From Ministeria vibrans ATCC 50519 (Eukaryota; Protista; Filasterea), in assembly GCA_943704425.1 (NCBI GenBank), contig CALSCP010000470.1, positions 3,178 through 63,460 on the forward strand: 60,283 bases of DNA, given 5' to 3'. Both the position numbers and the translations under genes were made by a program. Under the pieces are notes generated by a model that made no database searches, was not told where the DNA came from, and saw nothing but the letters and a program-made list of their open reading frames with translations. This document shows, in pieces, positions 25,401-36,869 of the stretch (position 1 is the first letter of the stretch; each line of letters begins with the position of its first letter).

Positions 25401-27923
25401 TCATCTCTGAGCCCCCCAGCACCGTCGTGGCCATCTGTGTCCACTCACGACGCGCCATACTGAACGACCAGGTGTCGTTGAACACGTTGACGAGATTGCG
25501 TTCGTTGGTGCACTCACCGCCGTAAATGATCATGGCGCCGCGCGACGCAATGTAGTTTGCAGAGTGGGCAAACCGACCGCGCGGGACCACAGTTGCATTG
25601 GGATTGAGCTGCACCCACTTGGTCGTGCGAATGTCAAAGAGCCACGTGTCATTGTAAATGTTAGTGCCTTCGCCCGCACCGCCAAACAGGACCATCTCCG
25701 AGTTGCTGATGGCAATGGCACGATGTGAGGCACGCGGCGCAGGCGCAATGGGTGGCTCAGGAAACTGCCACAGACGCGAGAATGCATTGTAATAGTACGT
25801 CTGGTCGCAGGGACCCGAATCGGTCCAGCCCCCAAACACAGTCATGAGCTCAAGCCCCGTCGTAGGGTCCAGCAGCACCACAGCTGAGTGTGAGCGACGT
25901 GCCGGTGGAATCGCATTGGGCATGTAGGCCATGCTGCGCCACGCCGACTGCTGCAGCACGAGTGCCCATCTAGCCAAGAGAAATATAAATTTTAGATATT
26001 TTTAGAGATTTAATATGATCGGGTCTGTTTCGTCTATATGTGGTGGGTGTATGTGTGACATACGTGTGGCATATGTGTAGCGTATGTGTGGCGTATGTGT
26101 AGCGTATGTGTAGCGTATGTGTGTAGCGTATGTGTGTAGCGTATGTGTAGCGTATGTGTAGCGTATGTGTAGCGTATGTGTAGCGTATGTGTAGCGTATG
26201 TGTAGCGTATGTGTAGCGTATGTGTGGTGTATGTCTATGCGTGTGTGTGTGTGTGGATATGGTGTGTGTTGATATGGTGTGTGTTGATATGGTGTGTGTG
26301 TGTTGATATGGTGTGTGTTGATGTGTGTATGTACGTGTCTGAGAGGGAGTTGAAGTACTGGATGCTACTTCCACCGTAGATGATCATTTCCCAACCGAGT
26401 GTGGGCGACTGAATGAGCACGGCCGACTGGTAGCGACGCTCTGGGGGCACGCGGGGCGGGTCGTTGGGCGACCAGGCAAGCGCATCAAAGGAGAACTCCC
26501 ACAGGTCATTGACAGCATTGACACGACCGCTCTGGAGCTGACCGCCAAAGATGAGAGCCGAATTGTTGGGGGTTGCACAGGCAGTGAAGAGAATGCGGTT
26601 CATGGGCGAGTACTCAAGAGGCACGGCGCTCCAAGAGTCGTTCTCCATGTTATACCAGTAGACAGCAAGTGTCATCTCCTCGAGACCCGATCCCATGGCG
26701 TACAGCTGATTTTCGCTGGTGGCCAAGAGCTGTTGGGGCACAAAGGAGCGGGCGGCGTACGACGCGAGTTTCGTAAACTTTAGCGTGGTGAGAACACCGT
26801 CGGTGATGTTGGCGGCGTACATGGCGGTGATCTTCTCGTCGTGGATACCTACCCCGCCGCACACGTAGAACATGGTACCAATGGAGGCTGAGGTGGCGCC
26901 AATGGCGGCGGGGGCGGGGATGGACACGGTGATGTTGAGCCAGTCGTTGGTGGTCGCGTCGTAGGCAATCACATCGTTGGTGGGCTCCTTCGAGTATTCG
27001 ATGATGCCACCGTAAATAAACATGGCATTTCCAATGCGCGTCGCCGTGTGGCCATAGCGTCCCGGGGGCCTCAGGGGCGAGTGCACTGCCAATTGTTCCC
27101 ACACGAGACCGCTTGTGTTGGAGCCCACCAGCCCCCAAATGTCCCCAAACACTTCACCAAAGGCACCTCGACCACCGTACACCGTGTAAATGTCGACGCT
27201 ACTCGAGAGGACAAGGGAGACAGCTACGGCACGCAAGAGAGAGAGAGACAGACAGAGAGAGACAGAGAGAGAGACAGAAAAAAGAGAGAGACAGAGACAG
27301 AGAGACAGAAAAAAGAGAGAGAAAGAAACAAAGTGATAGAGAGAGAATTCAAACATCGAAATATTATTATAATATACTGTACCGGTATGCCAGTAGCGTC
27401 CGGCGGGCATGGGGCCTGGGTTGGGGTCTACAAAGAACCACAGGAGGTTGATGTTGTCCCACAGCCTGCCGTAAAAACGAAAACAAGTGGAGGTTGAGAG
27501 ATGACATCCAGTGGGGAAAAGAAGGACAAGGCGAGGCGTAGGCGTGCTATAGTCGGCGGGGAGTGCCTTGCAGCAGAAACAGCAGACGCTGTGTGCGGCT
27601 GTGAGCGCGCAAGAGCAGCGTGGGAGTCTCTAGCGAGTGGTTTGTCTTCTTTTTTTTTTTTTTTCGCACCAGACATCGTCAAAAACCGTCCCACGGCGGG
27701 TAACGGTCGAGTTTGTGCCGCCATAGATGACCATATTGCCGGCCATGACGGCACACGCGCTGCGGTCGCGCGCCCAAGGCCCATACGCGTAAGTCGGGAG
27801 CACATTGAAATTATTCGACTGTGACTGGACGTTGGACTCTGACTGGACGCCGGCCACCAGCACGCTGCCAATGGCTACGGCAACGACGACGACGACGACG
27901 AGAGTGGTCGGTCGGATAACCAT
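22486..27923 (-). CDS. Receptor-like TKL protein kinase with extracellular kelch repeats, Cys-rich (GCC2/ephrin-receptor-like) and EGF domains
   Basis: Signal peptide at ATG 27923. Many kelch repeats (GRYGHTA..IYGG..W). Cys-rich CNPGF..CTPCVPGMFQNLPGQKTCFNCP and EGF CNGHGEC..CSC. TM segment near 24700-24770. Kinase motifs GSFGEV, VSVKILK, HPNVVFFYG, IHRDVKSAN, DFG, GVGTLLWQAPE, DVYSFGIVLW, CWAQEPDERP. Confidence 0.85.
26050..26330. repeat. Intronic 11-bp (GTATGTGTAGC) and GT-rich minisatellites
   Basis: Visible tandem units. Confidence 0.9.
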
Positions 27924-28033
27924 ACAAATCAAACAAAGTGATCATTTCAGTTCAGTCAATCTTTTGACTTTTCACTTTTTTGTCTCTTTCTCTTTGCTGC
28001 TCTCTGGGTCTAGAGAGAAGTAGACTGGCGACG

Positions 28034-30709
28034 ATGGACTCGTCAGCGTTCTCTGAGCAGGACTTCCATGAGCCGTTTATGCCCGACGATTTTGTTGAAA
28101 TGCTCGCTCGCCCGCTGCTTCAACAGCAGCCTGATCGCACCAAGCAGACGGGGGTGGATGCGGTTGTCAATGTCCAGCCGGGTCCTTTGGCCAACGTAAG
28201 CTTCAATGGCGTTTTGCATTGCTTACTTAGTTTTTCACATCTCCGGTTTGTGTGTTTGGCACTGTAGGCGTTCTCACAAGGCATTGCGGCGCTGGACGAG
28301 CTCAACACCAGGCTTGAGGCCATGGTGATCAACCTTGAGAGCAAGTGCGGCGAGGCGGAGCGGGCGCACAAGCTCAAACTGCGCGAACTGCACGAGTCGC
28401 AGGAGACGGCGGTTGTCGAGACGTTTCAGCATCTGGACGAGCGCATTCAGACGGTGGCGACCAAGGCGATGCACATTGGCGACCGGCTGGAGGCGGTGAA
28501 TCGACAGCGCGAGCGCACGATCGAGGCCAAGTCGATGATGGTGTATTTTGAGCAGTTTGAGGAGGGCACGCCGGACAAGGTGTTTACGGACCGCGCGCAG
28601 ATCCATCGAGGCGCCGAACTCATTCATAAGCTGAGCAACCTTGCGAGCGAGTTGGGTGCGTCGACGAAACTGGCACAGGCACGCACTGCGATCCAGCACA
28701 CGTACGCCGACATTGAGCAGCGCGTGATGGAAATGTTTGCCGAGGCGCGCGAACAACGCGACTACACTGCGATGAAAGAGTGCGCTGAGTCTCTGTATGC
28801 CTTCAAGGGCTACACCAAGTGCATGGAGACGTATGTGAATCTTCATCCCTTCTTCAGCAGCACCCAAGAGTACCAGCCAACCGCAAGGGGTGCGCAGCAG
28901 CTCTTTGACGACATTGTCTATGCGGTATAAATAAATAATTTAATTGATCACCGTGATCAAAGTGAATGACAAGTGTATCCCTAATCTCAACCCCCTAATG
29001 ACAAGTGTATCCCTAATCTCAACCCTAATGCAACATGTACAACCCTAATCTTAACCCTAATGCACAACATGTGAAACCCTAATGAAAACAACCCTGACCC
29101 TTCTGTCCCACCCCCTCTTGCAGGTGCGTGAGGAGTGCTCCAGCACCCGCGATGTCTTCCCCAACCCTCGTCCCGTCATGCTTCTCTTCATTCAGCGCAT
29201 CTTTGAACAGCGCTTCCAAATGTATCTTGAATCCTCTCTCAAAAAGGCAAAATCCGTCTCAGAACTCGAATACCTCAGAACTCTCTGTCGGTAAGAAAGA
29301 ACTTGTAAAATCATTCTTCCTTTTTTGACAATTTTTTTGTAATGTTTAGCCTGTTTGAGATGGGTCAACGACTTTCACAACAAATCACACAGCTGACAGC
29401 ACACACCCAAAACACCACAAGCAACACCAACACAAACAACACCAATAGCAATAGCAATAGCAATAGTGCGACTCAGGACCAGTCCGCTCCCGCCACAAAG
29501 CTCCTTGAAGAAGTGTTTTCGCTCGCCACGGGCGATGGTTATGCCCAGCGCGAGATTAATTGTCTCGAGCGACTGTGCGACTCCAAAATTGCAGAGTATT
29601 ATGCGCAATTGGGCCATTCAGTGACCAATGAGAGTGAATCAAATGGAGCAGAGCGGAGCATGGTGGTCTCGCCCGATCAGTTAGTGTCGCTGCAGCTCAT
29701 TCTGTCGCTCACACACGCGTCGAAGGAGTCCATTGAGCGCTGTGAACACATTGCACATCCGTCTGAACTCCCCCTTCACATCACGTCCATCTTCAGTGTG
29801 CTCCTGCGCAAGGTCTGCCTTGACTACATCTGCTATGCCTGTGACTTTGCCTTGAAGTTGCTTCCCCCTTCCGATCCAAAGTCTCCGCCAAACTGTGATT
29901 TCCTCAAGTTAGTCAAGTAAGACACACGAGAGAGAGCGCGCGCGCGTGACAGAGATTGAATGAGTGAGCAAGTGATTGTATTAAGAGAGTGACTATGTGA
30001 GAAATGAGTGCCTGAATTAGTGCCTATAGCGACTGATTTTGTCTTTCGCCTCTTTCTTTCTGTCTTATTCCTTTTTTCTTTCTTTCTCTCTCTCTGTATG
30101 TTTTAGGGTGATCAACCATGCATTTCATCTCGTCCAGAATCACTACCGGTCGAGTGTGGCTCCCATTGCGTCTTTGAGCACTCAGGCTCTTGCGCTCTGT
30201 GTCGCTGAGAAAAATTCCGCCATGGAGTTGCAGGAAACAAAGTCAGTCTCAAAAGAGTTTTCTCTCTTGCTCTCATTCTTCGCGCTTTAGACTGGAAATG
30301 GGTCTTGAAGGGTGTATGAACAGTTCGGTGCGGTGGTTGGAGCGCATCCTGGAAACAGAGCAAAAGAGAAACGATTTCAAGTACACAAAGAAAAAGAGAC
30401 AGAGAGAGAGAGAGAAAGAGGAGAAAGAAACAAAGTGATAGAGAGAGGAGAAAGAACAAAGTTATAGAAAGAGAGGAGAGAAAGAACAAAGTGATAGAGA
30501 GAGGGAGTCGTCACTCATACTTGTCACTCTATGCATGGTGTTTTCAGACCTGATGACGATGGAGCTGTGTCTCTGTCGCAGCAGTGCACTCCTGCGTGTC
30601 GTCATTGTGTGCGCTTCCTTCGTACTCAACGCGATCATGCCTTTGAGAATCTTGACGGTAATACAAACAGACACAAAGAGACTGAAGGAGACACCCCCGC
30701 ACAGAGAAA

Positions 30710-30756
<47 letters not shown>

Positions 30757-31089
30757 TGAGACTCACATTGAGACGTAAAGAGTCCGGCAGTGCACAAGAG
30801 AGAGACATACACATACACTGAACACTGCCAGAAACAGCGAGACTTATAATATGTTTATAATCATAATTAGGGCGCAATCTTGAGAACTACTTGTTTGAAA
30901 TTGGAATCCAGTTCCAACGGGCCTTCCTGGACCGCCTTCGCCATCTGACGGTGAACATGACCGGGAGTCTTTTGCTCGCCAAAGACATTGCCGAGTACCA
31001 GACGTGCATTCGCTCCTTTCGTCTGCCGGGTCTCACTGAGCCCTATGAGTTGCTTCAGGAGATTTCGCATATCTATCAGGTTTGCATTG

Positions 31090-31156
<67 letters not shown>

Positions 31157-31342
31157 GTGTGTGTGTGTTTTACAGACAGACTCACAATTTTATGATTGTG
31201 TGTTTAGGTCCGCCCAGAGAATGTCAAGCAGGTGTGTATGGGCGGTCGTCTTGCGCGTCTTGATGCCAATACGCAGTTGCTCTATGTGCAGGCCCGGGTT
31301 GACTTTAAGAGCGCCAAACTTGCCAAATATTTTGTACAGTAG
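28034..31342 (+). CDS. EXOC5: Exocyst complex component 5 (Sec10)
   Basis: F..DDFVEML; FQHLDERIQTVATKAMHIGDRLEAVNRQRER; VFPNPRPVMLLFIQRIFEQR; ILETEQKRNDF; GSLLLAKDIAEY; VRPENVKQVC. Multi-exon, stop TAG 31340-31342. Confidence 0.9.
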
Positions 31343-31455
31343 TGAAAATCTTATTGTTTACGTTTCAGAATTTACACACTCATCGAGTCTCAATGACTAA
31401 CTGACTAACGACTGTCTCTGTGTCTCGTCTCACTCCCGCTCAGACATTTTTCTTC

Positions 31456-33543
31456 ATGCCCCCACCGCGCGGTGGTGACAGAGCAGACACCGAGCCAGGT
31501 GTGGGCTGGTGGGCGCTGCTCCGTCGCCACAGCGGCAGCCAATCCTGCCCTGAACTTCCGGGCCGCACGTTCTTGTGCCAATGCGAACCCAACCGCATGA
31601 CCGCCGCACACTCACCCCTCCCATCATCGCACGGCAACCCCACGATCTTACCCACCGTCCTTCGCGGTCCTCTCGACGGCGTTTCCGCGACCAGCCTCTT
31701 CGCTCTTGCGGCCGCAGGTCTCGTTCCAAACACAGGAACAGTTGTGGCCCAATGCGGAGCTCTCCAGTTCCTGGCGCTTCTCGTGACACTCATGCTGACA
31801 TCGCTTCTTGTGATGAATGCCTTGTCGACACTGGTCACGCGCCTGAAAATGCGCTGGGATGGACTGTTGTCCATTCAACGGCGAACTCTGGGTTCGCGCT
31901 GGGGCGCCGCCTTTGCCGTCGTCTATCTCGTTGCGGTGGCGTCCTTTGCTGCGCTCCTGCTGGACACACTCGCCCTGCAGTGGATGCTTGCCGTGGGTTG
32001 GACCACGACCGGCTGGCTGCGCGTTGGAGCTGGTTGTGTGACGCTCCTTGTGCAGTGGACGCTGGAAACCCTTGGCGTCGTTGCAGTGATCCGCTCACGC
32101 CTCCTTCTCTTCGTGCTCGCTTGCGTGATGCTTGCCTGCGCGCTGCTGGGCCTGTACACACAGCATCGACCGGCGTACGGCATCACGCCGCTTGTACACA
32201 ACACAACCAATGGCACAGGCAACACGTTCCACAGCAACGTCCACTCTGCCTACACCAGCGGCGAGTCCTTTCTCAGCATGTGCGCTCTCTACCTTCCCTG
32301 CCTCCTCAGCGGCCTCCTTCTCATTGCGGCTCCCTCTGCAGCCACCTCGTGTCGCCATCCATCGTATGCAGTGCGCTCCGTCAGCGGACCTTTTACCCTC
32401 TTTGCTGCGTTTCTCTCGCTCCTCTTCGCTTGGTCTCTCGCCTCCACCGTCCAGCGTCCCTTTCTTCTGTCCACCCCAAACATCCTCTACCATGCATCCC
32501 TCTCCCCAGCACTCTTTTTAGCTCTCTTCACTACCACAGCTCTCGCCGCGTCCTCCATAGCCATCGCGCAGACCCGCCGAGCCCTCCTCTGGCTCTTCCT
32601 CGACACTTCCTTACACCCCCTGCTACCGTCTTCCCCTTCACGCACACTTGCTGCCTCTCTCTCTCTCGTACCCCTCACGCTTTTTATTGTGCTCTCCCCG
32701 TTTGTTTCACTGCCTCTCGTCTGTTCCCTCCTGACTCTCTTTGTGTCCATCTCCATCCAACTGCAATGTTATGTGTTCCTGCGTGGCTCTGCTGCAGAGC
32801 GCACTGCTCCCGTCTCAGTCGCTGAGCGCAGTCGACGCGCATCCCAATCGTCTGCTGTGTCGTCGAATAGCAGAAGAAGCAGTGGTAGTAGTGGCAGTGG
32901 TGAACTGGATCGTAAAAGTCCTAAACTTATTGGAATGGTCGTCAATTGGAACGACACGGAAGATCACGAAGAAGACGACTTCTTGTCGCTGAACGAAGAA
33001 AGTGACGATGACGGATACAACACACTGAAGAAGAGCACTGCGATGGATTCAGAGTCAGAGTCAGACTCAGACTCGGAGGGAGACACAGTTGTGTTTACCA
33101 CGGAGAGAGGAAAGACTGTGAATGGGAGTGGGAGTGGGAGTGTGGACAAGAAGGAAAGCATTGCCTGGCCTCCACGCTGGTGGCCCGTGCACGTCACACT
33201 GGCATGGCTGGGTGCACTGTGGTGCGTCGTGTTTATGTTTCTTTTAAATTGGTACGTCACATTGTTTCTCTTTGCGGTCTTTGCTGCGCTCCACGGTGTG
33301 CTCCACTGGACCCTCTCGCGTCGTCGCACGAGTGCCACCGCAAATCAATCGCTGCGCGAGGCAACCCGTCGCGTCCGTGGCTACCCCCTGGTGCTCCCGT
33401 GGGCCTCTATGTCTCATGCGCTTCTGCGTGCTCGTGCCCGAGACCAACTTGGGGCCCATCAGCTCACATTGGTGCGTCCCACTGTGCCCTTTCATCTTAC
33501 CAGTGTCACTGTAAACGAAACCAACAACGAAATTGTACACTAA
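31456..33543 (+). CDS. SLC12A8-like (cation-chloride cotransporter / APC fold) membrane protein, divergent
   Basis: About 12 hydrophobic segments. PTVLRGPLDGVSATS resembles the SLC12A8 N-terminal PVLFGTWDGVF motif. A large acidic loop precedes the last TM pair (LGALWCVVFMFLLNW), as in SLC12A8. Confidence 0.55.
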   Translation: MPPPRGGDRADTEPGVGWWALLRRHSGSQSCPELPGRTFLCQCEPNRMTAAHSPLPSSHGNPTILPTVLRGPLDGVSATSLFALAAAGLVPNTGTVVAQCGALQFLALLVTLMLTSLLVMNALSTLVTRLKMRWDGLLSIQRRTLGSRWGAAFAVVYLVAVASFAALLLDTLALQWMLAVGWTTTGWLRVGAGCVTLLVQWTLETLGVVAVIRSRLLLFVLACVMLACALLGLYTQHRPAYGITPLVHNTTNGTGNTFHSNVHSAYTSGESFLSMCALYLPCLLSGLLLIAAPSAATSCRHPSYAVRSVSGPFTLFAAFLSLLFAWSLASTVQRPFLLSTPNILYHASLSPALFLALFTTTALAASSIAIAQTRRALLWLFLDTSLHPLLPSSPSRTLAASLSLVPLTLFIVLSPFVSLPLVCSLLTLFVSISIQLQCYVFLRGSAAERTAPVSVAERSRRASQSSAVSSNSRRSSGSSGSGELDRKSPKLIGMVVNWNDTEDHEEDDFLSLNEESDDDGYNTLKKSTAMDSESESDSDSEGDTVVFTTERGKTVNGSGSGSVDKKESIAWPPRWWPVHVTLAWLGALWCVVFMFLLNWYVTLFLFAVFAALHGVLHWTLSRRRTSATANQSLREATRRVRGYPLVLPWASMSHALLRARARDQLGAHQLTLVRPTVPFHLTSVTVNETNNEIVH

Positions 33544-33731
33544 AATCGACTTATTTATTCTGTACTCTACGAGATTTATCGCCATGTAATCATCATGATA
33601 ATAATAAATTTATTATTATTAATAATTATTATGAATGTGTAAATAGAGTTATAATAATAATAATAATAAAGTTTTATGGTTTACGCAAGTTTAGTACCAC
33701 AGTGAAGTTTCAGTAAAGTGAATGTTCATTA

Positions 33732-34915
33732 TTAAGAACAACAGTCAGCACTGTCACCTTTCTGAGTCGCACTAGATAGGGGCGCACAGCCCTGAGCATA
33801 TCGCCCGTAGTGGACGGACGTGTCGCCCATGACGGTAAAGTGGGGGCGCAACCAGGACGACGCAAGAATGAGGGCGGTGTTGGCACAGACCGAGACCCAT
33901 CGACCCGTCTCAAAGACGTGTGCCGCATCGAGAGTAAACGCGTGCGGCGCGCCTGCCAGCGTACCCTTGTACGACGCCACCTGTCCGTATTCCTCGCACG
34001 ACGGCTCAAGTCCGTCCAGCTTGAATAGACGATGCGTCACCGAGAAGAACTTGGCGTTGCCCAGGGTCTCCGCCAGTCGTCCTTCGACAGTCAGCGGCGA
34101 GCGGCTCATCTCGCGCGGGTCTGCAAAGCCCACTTCACGACACAGACGCAAAAAGTCCGTCTCGTACATGGCACCTCCCAGACACTCGCCCAGCAGTACG
34201 GGATCCTGGCGCACACTCGACGGCAGACGCCGGTCGCAGTAGATATCGCTCTGGTAGAATTCGCCTCCGTTGCACAGCGCTTGAAAGACGCCACGCAAAA
34301 CAGCTCGCTTGTCCGCCGAGAGATTCACGACGCAGTTGGAGACGGCAACGTCAATGGAGTTGTCGGCGATGCCAGAGCCAGCCAGATCCTCAATAACGCC
34401 ATGGACAAAGTGCAAGGGTGGCGCAAAGCCAAGCGCTTTGCCGTACGTCTCGACGTGCGCTCTGGCGACCTCAAGCTGCGCCTCCGTCATATCAACGCCC
34501 GTCACCTTGCCTGTAGCTCCCACCAGCTTCGCCAGGACGTAGCAGTCGCGTCCGCTTCCGCACCCCAAGTCTGTGAGCATCCGGAGAGGTCAATGAGTGA
34601 CACGCAAAGTGCGCCGCATACCAAGAAGACGCATTCCCTCTCGAATGCCGTTTGGAAAGGGCGACCCGCACCCATAGTACTTGTCAGTGACTTCTCTGGG
34701 AACAAGCTTCAGCGCCTCGCGGATCGCTGGGGGCGGCGCACACGCTGTGGTGCACGCCGATGTCTTCAAGTCCGCCGAAGTTGCCAGAGTCTTCCTCAGA
34801 ATTCAGATATTCAGCGCGCTTTCGCTGACGCTTTCGCCACACATACCTCGCCATAGTACTCGCGGACCTGTTCCCGGACTTTGTCAGCGTTTTCAAGCTC
34901 AACTCCAGTAGACAT
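33732..34915 (-). CDS. AS3MT: Arsenite methyltransferase (AS3MT/ArsM family)
   Basis: Three exons: VREYYGE | TLATSADLKTSAC..KYYGCG | DLGCGSGRDCY..GVDMT..SNCVVNLS..GGEFYQSDIY..GECLGGAMY. Confidence 0.92.
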
Positions 34916-35592
34916 TTGAAAAACAAAACAAAATGTGAGATATCAGATAAGAGATAACTGTGTAACTGATAACTCAGATAAGTCATAAGAGTGAGATTTA
35001 TGAGATTAGAAATTTTAGAATAAGTGCGATGTGACAGTATTGTGACTGAGTGACAGGAAGTGTGAGACAGGAACTCTCTCGAAAATCAATCGAGCTGATA
35101 CTTACTCAGCTGAAAGATGCATCATGAATATTCATGATTAATTATGAGTATTGAATGTTATTCGTGGCAATGGGAAATTGGGAATGATCAATTATTACGG
35201 AATATGTTATCACTCTCTCTAAGTTCTTTCTTTTCTCCAGTGTAACTCACTGTGTAAGACTGTGACTCTGTGAGTCTAGTGCTAACACTTGAGTCGTGCC
35301 GACTTGGTCACTTGGCGGGAAGCCATCCATTGCAACCAACCGCAATGCCGTCAGCCGCCCATTCATCATCACAACATTGATCATCCGCTTGACAAAACCG
35401 CACAGGAATTTCAGTCGCGTAATGGGATGAAAGGCGTTTTTGAGTTAAAAACAGCTAGGAGTTGTCATAAATGTAAAATGTCATTGGCGTTAAGGGTCTT
35501 AGGGACTTGGGCTTGTCATTAGGGGAAGAAAAAAACGCAAAAAATTATTAAATACAAATTACAAAATCACACTTTTTTTTTTCAATGATTAC

Positions 35593-36822
35593 ATGACTCG
35601 ATTGCTCAACCTCCCCGACGAGCTGCTGGTACACCTGTTGAACTTTGTGGACGTGGGCACGGCGCTGGCCCTTCGGTGGTCGACTGCGGGTTTTTTGCGT
35701 GTCTCCGAGAGCGACGGCTACCTCTCCTGCCAAAACGACTCCTCGACGACGACACTGACGGTGCGGCTGCGCATGATGGAACTGCTCTTGCGAGTGTCAA
35801 ATTCGTGGCAGAAGCGCATCGAACATGGCGGGACGGTGGAGTTTTGCATCGCGGACGCACAGCGCCTCTTCTCAGGCACATTCTCCACCCCCTGTGCGAC
35901 TCCCCACCTCGTACGGCTGCTCCTCGCTCAACCCGGCATTGATCCCAATGCTGACAATGGTCAGGCGTTGCTGTACGCCTCTCAGCATGCGTTTTGCGAT
36001 GTGGTTGACGTACTGCTGACTCACTCGCAAACTCGTCTCACCGTCCTGCCCGCCCTCCAGTCCGCCTTTGATCACTTCAATTTGCCCATTGCAAAGGCCA
36101 TCATCAACTATATGGATGTCCCGCTTGATAGTCACGCGTGCTTAAACGCCATTTTTAAAGCCTGCGACGCAAGGCAGCCCGCCTTTCTGAAATGGCTTCT
36201 CACCATCGAGACGGTTGAGCCGCTGCCGTGGCAAGAGTGCATTGCGCTTCAGCACGCCGTTAACAGCAACGATCCAAATACCCTCAAAGTTCTCTTGGCC
36301 GACAAACGCGTCAAGCTGCTCACCTCTACGTACAACCCCTTGTTTGACGCGGCTCGTCTCAACCTAACCAAATCACTCCGCTTCCTACTTGCACACATTC
36401 CCCCCCACACCCAAAACGACTCTGCCTTTCGTGTTGCTTGCAGACTAGGTCACGCCGACGCCGCCCGGGTGCTTCTCTCCGATCCACGCGTCTACCCAGG
36501 GGCCTTTGGAAACGAACCAATCCGCGAGGCGGCAAGCTGCGGCTACCTCACAGTCGTCCAAATGTTGCTCGCACACCCACACGTAAACCCGTCCGCCATT
36601 GAAAACCGTGCGATTCGACACGCGAGCGAAAACGGCCACGCCGACGTAGTCCGGGCCCTCCTTGCCCACCCGCGCGTCAACCCCACCGCACGGCACAATG
36701 AAGCACTCACATCCGCACGCAAAAAGGGCCACACAAAAGTCATAGAGGCCCTTCTCAGTGACGCACGCGTCGCAGAACACGACCGCACACACCAACCACC
36801 CCCAACAGAGACCAAAGTGTAG
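35593..36822 (+). CDS. F-box-like + ankyrin-repeat protein (intronless)
   Basis: N-terminal LLNLPDELLVHLLNFVD. Repeats of the DPRVxPxAxxNxAIRxAxxxGHxDVVRxLL type. Confidence 0.85.
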   Translation: MTRLLNLPDELLVHLLNFVDVGTALALRWSTAGFLRVSESDGYLSCQNDSSTTTLTVRLRMMELLLRVSNSWQKRIEHGGTVEFCIADAQRLFSGTFSTPCATPHLVRLLLAQPGIDPNADNGQALLYASQHAFCDVVDVLLTHSQTRLTVLPALQSAFDHFNLPIAKAIINYMDVPLDSHACLNAIFKACDARQPAFLKWLLTIETVEPLPWQECIALQHAVNSNDPNTLKVLLADKRVKLLTSTYNPLFDAARLNLTKSLRFLLAHIPPHTQNDSAFRVACRLGHADAARVLLSDPRVYPGAFGNEPIREAASCGYLTVVQMLLAHPHVNPSAIENRAIRHASENGHADVVRALLAHPRVNPTARHNEALTSARKKGHTKVIEALLSDARVAEHDRTHQPPPTETKV

Positions 36823-36869
36823 AAATAAATAATCGTACCATTATGTGTAATAAAATATAAAAAAGACAA

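Noticed and set aside
33732-34915. Selenocysteine form of the arsenite methyltransferase
   Set aside because: The spliced reading frame has ordinary Cys codons and no in-frame TGA.
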